Source: Cycas panzhihuaensis (Eukaryota > Plantae > Cycadophyta). From it: 64,000 bases of DNA. The stretch lies in the NCBI GenBank assembly GCA_023213395.1, contig CM041465.1, positions 209,691,741 to 209,755,740 of the forward strand. The letters are read 5' to 3'. The notes under the pieces were generated by a model that was not told the DNA's origin, made no database searches, and saw nothing but the letters and a program-made list of their open reading frames with translations. How positions within the stretch are numbered: the stretch's first letter is position 1; each line of letters starts with the position of its first letter. A program made the translations under genes and the position numbers. This document shows positions 53,161 to 64,000 of this stretch, in pieces.

Positions 53161-55699
53161 TGTAAAAGATAGCATTGTATGATCTCAGAATGATAAAGAG
53201 TATACCAAGCATAAACTACGTGTGAGATTCTAGAATAAACTACTGATCATAAATAAACATATTGATAATTATAGATAAAAGACAATGCTGATTATGTATA
53301 CACTAAATTTTGATAGGCTATATTCTATTTTTACTTATACCATTAATTGTTCAATATGTAACCTATACTAGAATTTAATCACACTATCATTCACTTATAC
53401 TTCTATTTTATTTCACTATCAAAATGAAAATCCATATATTTTCCTTCATTAGAATAACTTCATATATAATATATGATCTTAAATTCTATTTCATTACATT
53501 CTTATTTCCTTATACTATAAATTAATATGCATATTATTTTAACTATTGTATTATTATTTTTTATTTTAAATCATTGTATTACAATTTTTTCAAGAATTAA
53601 ATTCTAATATATTATAAATAATGTATGGACACATTATTAATTCTTATATGTTATTTTCTCTTGAATTATCAAGTTAATACACTATAACCTACACTAAAAT
53701 TTACTTACATTATCATTTACTTATATTTTTAATTAATCATATTACAACTTTATTAAAATCAAATGTTTTATACATTGTATTTTACAGGTTAAACTTTTGT
53801 TATGTTATGCTTCTTATGCTATATTTTAATATACCCTCATTTGTTATAAATTGAATTATGCTAGGTCATTTTTCTATTATAAAGATGTTGATTCTATAAA
53901 CTAATGTAACAAATTAGCATAATTACCTTTATAGGTTAATGGCGAGGAAGAGTTTTTTTTCCTCTCATTTAATATCATTGTTAGAAACAATTTTAGTATG
54001 ATATATCTCACATGTTTTTTTTTTTTTTTTCAAGGATCCATCTATTACCTTTATAAATTATTAACCCAACCTCTATAATTATATTAATAAATATTTATAG
54101 AGTTGGAAAGTATCCTAACAATACTTCCCACCTTTATAGTAAGCTTAAATGTATTTTTCTATGTTAGACCTATAAATAAATTAAAAAAATCTCTAAGAAT
54201 CTAAAATATCATAATGATATAATCCTTTATAAGATATAATTATAAATACCTTTTTTATTTCCTTCTTCTTTTGATGCATAAAATCCCTATAAAGTGGGGA
54301 TGATTCTTTGATGTAAGGTACCATAGGATATGGGGAACTATTCTACCTAAACCACTTAAGACTTGCTACTTAGCCCTATTTGCTTTGAAGAAACCAATAG
54401 AACATGACTCCATACAGTTCAAAAGTAGGAAGTGATATAAAAGTCTAAAAAAATTACATAAACTCTATCTCTTTCAGAAAAACCACTACATATTACCACC
54501 ACTAACACACTTTCATATAACACAACTGCCATTAACTTATGAGATCTTATGTTTGAAGTTGGCATTAACTTCTAAAAATCTCATGTCTAAGGGAAACATG
54601 CTACATTGCCTCAAACATAATTACCTCAAGCTTAGACTCCTAAGTTTTGTGCCCCAATTTAAAATGCCACTATTTGTGCCACTTCTATTAATACTCCTTG
54701 GTTATAAACTTAGATATTATAACTAGTGAAGCAACCTCTTATCCCCACTTGCACATGCAATCTAGAAACTTCTAAGATCACTAATGCCCATAAACGCCTA
54801 GATCATCAAAAGGCATGCTTGAGCATACAACGAATCCTTAAAAGAATTTTTGACATTGTAGAGCTTCTCAACACTCTTCTCTAACATAAAAAAACTCCTT
54901 TCCACATACATAAAAGGTATGAGTCCAATGGGGAGAGAGGGGTCACAATTGACCCACCTCAACTAGTCCTACATTGTCCAATAAACACTAGTTAACATGA
55001 TACCTAAGATGTCTAATAGATCTTTTGATCTTGGACAATTATATTTTAAAACACAAACATTATCGTTGGCCATATTCATCTACCCCTATCTCTACCATAA
55101 CTAAAGATAATAATTATCCACTATGGTCCCAACCTTTTTACCATATTAAGAACCCTCCTTAATACATATGTGTTATATGTATAATATATAATTAAAACAA
55201 ATTCTTGTTCCTTATCTATTAATTTACATCTATTAAGGAATATATAGAGTTCCTCGAATCCCTTAACTATATCATATAATGGTATATAACGAATATAAAC
55301 AATAATAGCAATGGGTGACGAGTATCCATCCTCTCAAAGCCTATATAGTCATCCATCCCTAACACCTTGGGGCTAGAATTTAACTCAATTTAAGCCTTAA
55401 TCCATGTAACCATAGCATATTCTAGCTTCTCAAAGTTTGAATCTACTTTTCCATAGTTATCTTTCACCTATGTTAACAACCTAATGTAATGTAGAATAAA
55501 GAACAATTGACTGGAAGAATGAGTTATACTCTTTGTTCAAATGAATAAATAGGTTACTTACTATACTATACTAGATACATGGCAAGCTTAGCTTCACTCA
55601 TAACCCCAAGAGGTTGCACATCACATTCATGTACCACCTTGCCCACACGTCATCATAGTGACCAAAAGGCTATCCATTATCAAACAAACTAAAGTACAT

Positions 55700-57850
55700 T
55701 ACCATACCTATCTACACTTGGTCAAAGGCCAAGTTCATTCCACACATGGGAAATAGTATTATGTTTGAAATCATAAACAAAGTGGCAATGTATACCCTTA
55801 AATAAAAATGACATTAAGGGGCATAATAAATACTTTATGTGTTGTTGCAATGTAATGATCTCTTTCCCCAATGGATCTTTTTCTACAAAGCATTCATTGT
55901 CAATGGTGAATGTATTTTTTCTTAGAGAAGTAGTGATAAGCACTATCCTTGAGAGAAATGCAAGAAGCCTTGAGGCCAAGAATTTGATTAATGTTGATGT
56001 GATTAAAAATCTCATAGTCAAATGCCTTGATAACTTTGGAAGGATCTCCAACTTGAATAATAGTCAAATGGTAATTTTGGGAAAAATACCATTGTATGGT
56101 GCTCTTCAACCAAAGTATTATACAATCATAAATCTTAACTGACTAGATGTTGAAGGTATCAAATAGATCAAAATTGTATGATATTAAATATGTGACCCTT
56201 ATGTCATACAACTCATAACATGGGGTTGGTTGACTTAATATGGGTTGATCCAATGCTTATGGATTAGCCACCCTCCTAAGAAAGGGTTGGCCAATCATAT
56301 TTAGGTGAACATCCCAATAATCATTGAGCAATGCTCAAAATTAAGGATTACCTTCAAAATATAAAATTATTGTGAAACTCTAAATCTAGTAGAGGACATA
56401 TAATAATGAATAAAAATTTAATATAAATACTAATAAATATTTGCAACCCTTATAATTGAGTAAAATAACCCCATTTGATGTTAGAAGCACCACGCCATAG
56501 TGCATAACCACAAATGATTTTAGGAGACCATACCTACTATGTTTTGGTTTGCATCCACCATTTGTGTCTTAACTACACAATAACAAATCTCTCCATCCTT
56601 GATATGATTCAAACACATGGATCACTAAAGTGCAACAATATTTGAATCACCAAAATACATCAAGAATTAAACAAATTAAGCACTGATTTCTATGATAATA
56701 GCCATCAACCACCCAACTTGATCTTCTACTAGGTGCTTTAGATATTTACATAATAATCAAATCAAACAAGTAGAAACTTACTTTTGTTAGTAGTCAAAAG
56801 GATCTTAGACCCCCAAAAGCCCCAACCAAGTATGAGGGACTAATTTTCATTAAAGGGCAAAGCTAGACTTGACCACTAATGCTTAACACTCAAGAAATTC
56901 ATTCATCACTGAATGATCCACCACCACAATAAGATTCCAAGTATTGCATATAATTCTAAAGAAACCAATATACTCACCATAAACCACAATCATATAAGAA
57001 TCAAAGAACATCATGAGGCTACTACAAAACATCTCAAACCTCCTCCAATAATCCCTCTAAAAGAAAGTAATCCAACTAAATTGATCTTAGGAAGGAAGGC
57101 CTCAAGAGCACTAGACAACATTATAAGCCTTCCCCACCTACCACCAAGATAAAGAAAGTAATGAATTTATGAGGGAGATACCTAAAAGGCTAAATCTCTA
57201 CCCCCAAGATCCCACATATAAAATCTGAGCCAAACCCTATCAGGAACCAAACCCAACAATCCCTTCAAATCCCATAAAAACTATAATGATCTTGTAAAAA
57301 ATCATAATAGCCTCTCCTAGGGAAAATCAACTCTAAAGTCCCTTCCCTCTCATCAAAAAAGTAGGGTATAAATCTAGAACCCTCATAGATCCTAATAATA
57401 AGAGCCCACTTAATCCATAAAGACTCATAATACCTTCCTCTAAGGAATAATGGCCTTAAACCTACCCCCTCTTAACATTAGAGTAGGGAAGTGCAACCAC
57501 CATAAAGCTCAGGAAAATTAATAACTAACCTAATGGGAAGACCCAACAAAAACCAAAAAGGAGGGAGAAGGATTCTTACAAATAACAAGCTTTAATAGTA
57601 AAGGGTCAGAAGATCAATTATGATAATAACACTTAATGACCTAGGAAGATAACTTGGGGATCCTAATAGAGGCTAACTCATGAGTATGGGACTACCTTAA
57701 ATGATCCACTTGAAATCAGACAAAAGCAAATTTAATCTTCCAAATAATATGAAAGTCCTTAAAATAAGGGCCTCCTGGGCCATGATCCTCTTAAACATAC
57801 AAATCCACTGTGCAAGTGTAGCATTATCCTCTATCACTGGATAGAACCAA
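55700..57850 (-). pseudogene. Ancient, heavily decayed LINE ORF2 relic
   Basis: zf-RVT-like [27 protein letters not shown] (55722-56051), GRWGRLIMLSSAL (~57110-57145), KLGWLM (~56705-56722). Boundaries uncertain. Confidence 0.45.
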
Positions 57851-59363
57851 TCTAATTAATTTGTAATTACCCATTTTGATGCCACAAGGCACACGTCTAC
57901 CTAAGCTACTTGGGCCTAAGCCTAATAGATCCTTACAACCTTCATCCTTTCCAAGTCATTCAATGTTACTATAAATCATAAATACCTTATTAATCAAATT
58001 ATATCCAATATATAAACTCCAAATATTTTCTCTCTTTGAGATGAACCACCTCTTAATGTCTACTAAGCAAGACTTATTTTAAGAGGCCTCAGACAAAATT
58101 TTCAAAATGATATATGATATATGAGGCTCATAGGTGTTTTATATATATACTAAATTTCTTTTTGGCCTGTTAACCCTTATCTATCTAATGGTGCATGCCA
58201 TAAGTTGACACATCACCATCAAAAAAGTATCATTAAATCTTAATAAATCATTATTTACATGACATAAAATCACACATGATCACCAATAATTATACTTAGC
58301 ACAAACTTATACAGATTAAAAAACCATAATCATTATTCATGATTTATTTTATAAAAATATGTTCCCTCTTAAGATGTTTTGCCATCAAAGAATTAATATG
58401 GTCTTTAAATATTTATATTATCACATGTTGCTACTAAGATGCCATAGGTGCTTGTGGTATCTAAGTGATGATCAATGAATGAAATAAAATGATTCCTCTT
58501 CATGGTTTAAGCAAAATGCCTTATGAATACAAAAAATTATTCGTAGCTACCGTAAAGTGATTTATCCATGGTAGATAATACACTCCCTTAAAATAATGTC
58601 CCCTTATATTATTACCTTTGATATAATTAGAGGGATGTAACTTAGATATTACAATGGTAGTAAGTTGATGTTTATAAAGGTAGAGCAATGGAGAGAATAA
58701 TGGGAAATCTATATGTTTACTCAAATAGATAGATTGAAATGAAATGTATATAGATGAGAAATTAAAAGTAAAACTTACATATCAAGGGTTGCCAGGGTTG
58801 GTTTGAAGAGATATACATCATAAATAAAAATACAAATGGTAAACTATATTAAGAGAGAATGAATAGGGATTCACTATGGTGGATGAAAAGTTCTCATGAT
58901 AACCCAAAGTATATAAGGAAGAATATCCAATAACTCTCATTAGTCTTGAGATCTTATACAATGACTTCTTTGTAAGTAGCTTGTTATATGATGGTGAAGA
59001 GAACATGCATGTTATTCCATCATCTCAATAATCTCTAATCTTGAGAGGATCCATGATATCTACTATTAGAATGTTTGATAACTAAGACTTAAGCATCGAT
59101 ATAACTTTTGAATTTAGTTGGATAGAAGCTATTATGCCCTTTTATAATAGTAGGGTACTCTTAATGAACCAAGAAAAATATCAAAAGAAATAATCTAGTA
59201 TGCAACATGTTATAAATCTAAACTAGAATGAATGCTTATATTCTTTGCATTCTCATATTAGTAATTATGAATTTTGTTTAGCTCTAATTTTGATTCTTGT
59301 GACATAATATTCTCTACTTTGTTTTGTTAATTCTCTTTTTTCTTCATATTAAAACATGATTTC

Positions 59364-59888
59364 AGTTAAAACATAATGTTTAATGTGGGTTTATTATACA
59401 CATACACTTCCCACCATTCACCTACTTCGAGATATATGAGATGCATATATGTCCATGCTATCTCTTTATTGGGATGATGTAACAACTCTTTACATTTGAT
59501 AGGCTATTTATAAGGTTATCTCACTACATATATATACACTCACCACCTGTGAACTTGAGAAAGGATAGACGAAGGAGAGAGGAGAAAGATGTAAACCTTA
59601 TGATCATAAGCAAAGTCCTAACTCCACCTTCTCTCATGGTTTTTCCTACAATGGGTTTTCCACATATATAGGTTGGTGTCCATCTTGTGGTGATGCTTAT
59701 GCTTAATGATGTTTACTTTATTTTACATTCATGTGGATTAATTCAATATGTGCACATACTCATGAGTTCATTATTATTACATTTTTCATATTAGCTCAAT
59801 ATTCCATATATATTTTATCATGGTATCAGACTGATTTTGGTACATATTTTAATATGGTATTAGAGCAATTCTAGTATAGATTTTAACA
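59364..59888 (+). repeat. 5' LTR of element E
   Basis: (A/T)GTTAAAACATAATG...TTTTAACA; matches 63023-63559. Confidence 0.9.
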
Positions 59889-62800
59889 TGATATTAGAGC
59901 TTATGGTTTTAAGATCTTGTAAAGCAGAAGCCTATTGAGCTTGTGATAGGAGCCAAATATAAGGTATTATTTGTTGAACCAGATATATACATATGCCAAT
60001 GACATGAATGATAGATTATAGGGTACATGAAGCCAATCAAAGCTACATATAAGACAAATACAACAGATATTGATGATATGTTTATATGTGATTTTTTTTG
60101 TCAATATTTATTTACACCGGTTGGACCCTTTTCTTAAGAACATGCAGGTATTCCCAGTAGTCTATACAATATTCAGTCCATAAGTGAAGGCTTTTGCAAG
60201 TGTCCCTTAATGGATTCACTATCACTCATGGATCATTCTAGAGATATTTACAAGCATCTCACAATGAGATTCACTGCCAGAATGAAGACAACCCATTAAT
60301 ACACACTAAACAGGTAACAAGCCTATACAATAATATATTGACAGGTGTCTTAGTGATAGTATGAAAGGTATGTGAACTCATATTTAAGTGGCTTAATATG
60401 ATAATCTTAACATATGGAATATATACAATTGTTGATTATTTTATTACAATAGTTGATATGAATATTTTTATATATACATGAATAAATTTGATATATATGA
60501 TATGAATTGTTTAAGGGAGCATGAGAAATTTTTTTACAGTAGCTTAATTACATATAGGTATGATTGTATTTTATTGACAACTTTATATGAAGGCATGGCT
60601 ACCTATGTATTATGACAAAATATTAAACCCTAGATGATGACATGATAAAATTTCATTTTATATAGACAAATTTATATTGCTAGAATTTTATAGCAGCTTG
60701 TGATGATTATTATATAAGAGCTATTGTGAATCAATTTGGGGCATAAAATATTGATGGATTATGTTGAATATGTAGAAATTACATATATCTATTTGATGTA
60801 TATGACACCTATATGAAGGAATTTCATTGAGGTTGATAAATATATTATTGATGGTGACTTGCTTATTGGATAATGTAGTGGAGAATAGAGGGAAAATCCC
60901 ATATAGATGTCAACCACACTTCCTGTCTATTAAATAGATGCCCTTGCACAAGTAACACTATTAGATTTGTATGTCTTAATCATAACCCTATGTAGAGATC
61001 ATCATCCTTATACCATAGTTAACTGCTCATAGCAAATATTAAATACGGATTTGAGCCATGTTATACAGTAAGCTAGCCTACTATTTACTCCACTATCAAT
61101 TGAAGAATACTATAGCTCATAATAGAGATTATCATTCCCTAATAAAGCTTCAAATTGGCATAAATTGACTTTCACGTAGTCACAACTATGAAGAGCTTAA
61201 CTTTATATCAGTCGATAGAATATAGCCACCCATCCGAAATGTAATGTAGCCACAACCTCCAAAGTTTATATTTATCTATAGGGAATATTATCGCAAAACA
61301 TACTTTCCCTTGAATCGCCCTATTACTCCTAAGAAACATTATTACAGAGGAAACATCAAACAAAATTATAGTTGGAGCCACCCAAATATAGTCAGAAATA
61401 AGAACACAAATATAAATAATCAATCAGTCTTTCCAACCTTATTCATCCATAATTAAGCCATACTAGGATTAGTTAATCATATTAGAGGAGATGCCATGGA
61501 AGATTAAAATTTTGTAGAGAGATGATGAAGATGTAAATTATATATACATCAGATATAGATCAATCATTTTGGTAATCAGATGGTCATAGATACCTTTGTT
61601 AACAATGAAATTTAAATGGGAGATGAGTTTTTGAAAAAAGTTTTAAAACCCTTAAAAAAATTATATTTGGTTTTCTAAATTTAATTAGATTTCATAAATT
61701 TTTAGATCTAATTTTAGGCCCTTGTAAGTCAATAGGTAGTCACACAGTAAATTCACACGATTAGGGGTTAATCCTCAAAGGGGTGGATTTTAAATTTTTA
61801 TAAATTATATTAGATAATTTTTATTTTTTAAAAAATTATATTTGATATTTAATAAGATATTAATTTAAACCTTTATTTTTAAGGGATTTTGCACTTTTTT
61901 ATAGGTCATTGGCACATTTTTTAAAATATCTCATCACTTATATATCAAATTCAAGTGTCGTTTATTGCATTGGAAATTAAGCTTCGAGACAATCAAAATG
62001 AGTGGTGGTATAACCTACTTTGGACAACAGATAACAGAGAAAATTCAAGGTAAAATTGGTACAAAGGCTTTAAACCTCATATAGGATGAATTCCATGTCT
62101 ATTTTTAGAAATTTTTTAGCTAATTTTGATGTTTTCTATGGCTCCAAACATGATTATTAAGTTTTCTTAAAGGAATAGTAGATGATAATTAAAGTTTGGC
62201 TTAAAATCAAGCATTTTAATGCCCATTTAAAATAGTTTAAGGCATATTTTAGTTAAAAATTTTTATTAAGTGAGTAACATTTGATGAATTTGTTATATAT
62301 AACATCCTTAATATGTTGGTTATTTATTTCCCCCCTTAATAATGTCACATTTGGTTTAGTGGATAGTAAAATTCCTAACCAAACATATAGATCACCTAGT
62401 TATTAAAATATTTTTTTATGATCCACCTAGTTGTCGATGTTATCCAACTAGATGCTGAGTATAATTTACCTTATTATAGTTAACTTGCCTTAGCCAAGTA
62501 GTTTGGCCTATTCTCAGAGTTAAATATTCAACATGCGATCCAACTATCAACTTGATCTAGTTGATGCTACACTTACACAACACTCTTAATTATGTTATCC
62601 CTACAAGTAATTTGGAAGGATGATGAATCATATATTTAAAGTAATTTACTAGTGAACTAGAAATTATAGTGGTTGGTCACTCATGTATTTTAGTAGATGG
62701 ATATTATTTTATATGGACTCAAATATCACTTTGCTTACTTCTTAGTTTAATAAATGATTAATAGAATGTTGATCATCCAACTTAATGTTGATTGAAAGCA

Positions 62801-63022
62801 ACTATATAGGTGAAGATATAAAGATATGCATAAAACACTTTATATATATTGGTTTTATATCTGTTAATGCTTGATGGAGATAAGCATATGGTTATGAGTT
62901 ATTTACAGGTTACATGTGATACTAGATACATGATACAATTATAGGTTACAAGTTCCAGCATAGAGATTAGAGACTTAAAGACTTGAGATTAAGATTCAAG
63001 GACCTTAAACATTATACGGGGG

Positions 63023-63559
63023 TGTTAAAACATAATGTTTAATGTGGGTTTATTGTACACATACACTTCCCACCATTTATATACTTTGAGATATATGAGA
63101 TACACACATATCCATACTATCTCTCTATTAGATGATGTAACAACTCTTTACATTTGATAGGTTATTCATGAGGTGATTTTACTATATATATATACACTCA
63201 CCACTTGTGAACTTGAGAAGAGATAGACAAAGGAGAGAGGAGAACTATGTAAACCTTATGATCATAAGCAAAGTCTTAACTCCACCTTCTCCTATGGTTT
63301 TCTCCACAATGGGTTTTTCACATATACTTCTTGGTGTCCATATTGTGGTGATGCTTATGTTTAATGATTTTTGCTTTATTTTGCATTCATGTTGATTAAT
63401 TCACTGTGTATATACTTATGAGTTCATTATTATTCCATCTTTCATATTATGGAATTGGACCTAATCTCAATATTCGACACATATTTTATCATAGCATTAG
63501 ACCAATTCTGGTACGTATTTTAACATGGTATTAGAGTAATTTTGGTATAAACTTTAATA
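63023..63559 (+). repeat. 3' LTR of element E
   Basis: TGTTAAAAC...CTTTAATA, followed by TSD ATTTC. Confidence 0.9.
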
Positions 63560-64000
63560 ATTTCATCATGTTTTAATTGTTTTTAGTAATTTTTTTTCCT
63601 CTCTTCATTTTCTTCCTACTCTTCTTATTCTTCCTTTCCTTTCTCCTAATTTGTTTCCCATTCATAACCTCTTTTATCTTATTCTTCTAATTCATCTTTT
63701 TCATACTTTTTAACTTCTTCATTCCTAATTTGAACTTAATCTAATATTTCTTTAAGTTTCTAACACATTTTAATATTTTTTAAAATCTATTAATCCATTC
63801 CAAATTTTCTTCTTTCTAATATCACAATAAACTCAATTATTCATATTAAAAAAATTACAACATATTGAAAAAAAATTACAAAAAAAAGAGGTTCAAATAT
63901 TACAAAAATTTAAAGTAAAATTGACCTTAATCATCATAAGTGATGTAAATTTCTTTCTAATTATCTAAATTAGGTGCCATTTTTTTATTAGAAAGTAACA

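Larger units (their letters stand above)
59364..63559 (+). mobile_element. Non-autonomous LTR retroelement E (LARD/large-TRIM-like) with PBS repeats inside its LTRs
   Basis: LTRs 59364-59888 and 63023-63559. Perfect TSD ATTTC at 59359-59363 and 63560-63564. PBS-like TGATATTAGAGC 59889-59900; PPT ATACGGGGG 63014-63022. No recognisable gag or pol in the 3.1-kb interior. Confidence 0.92.

Overview
This is AT-rich, intergenic DNA from a large plant genome; a gymnosperm-like origin is my inference from element types and decay pattern. It is almost entirely nested retroelements, and I found no intact host gene, RNA gene or CRISPR array. Elements I could bound by LTR pairs and target-site duplications (TSDs): copia A (1089-15910, +, TSD GAACC); copia B nested antisense in A's RT (6908-14117, -, TSD AGGAA/AGAAA); a younger copia C (20647-26982, +, TSD CTTTG); a gag-only non-autonomous element F (34794-39827, -); and a non-coding LTR element E (59364-63559, +, TSD ATTTC). 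There is also a full-length, GC-rich L1-clade LINE (45694-51873, +, 15-bp TSD), a ~660-bp foldback element, and older gypsy and LINE relics. Two observations stand out. (1) Copia C carries a ~690-bp captured HSP70 coding fragment in antisense within its 5' leader, possibly inside a leader intron. (2) Two apparently different LTR families (E and D) have tandem ~34-bp units of [tRNA-iMet PBS + LTR end]. In E the TSD shows these extra PBS copies lie inside both LTRs. All alignments and counts were done by eye.
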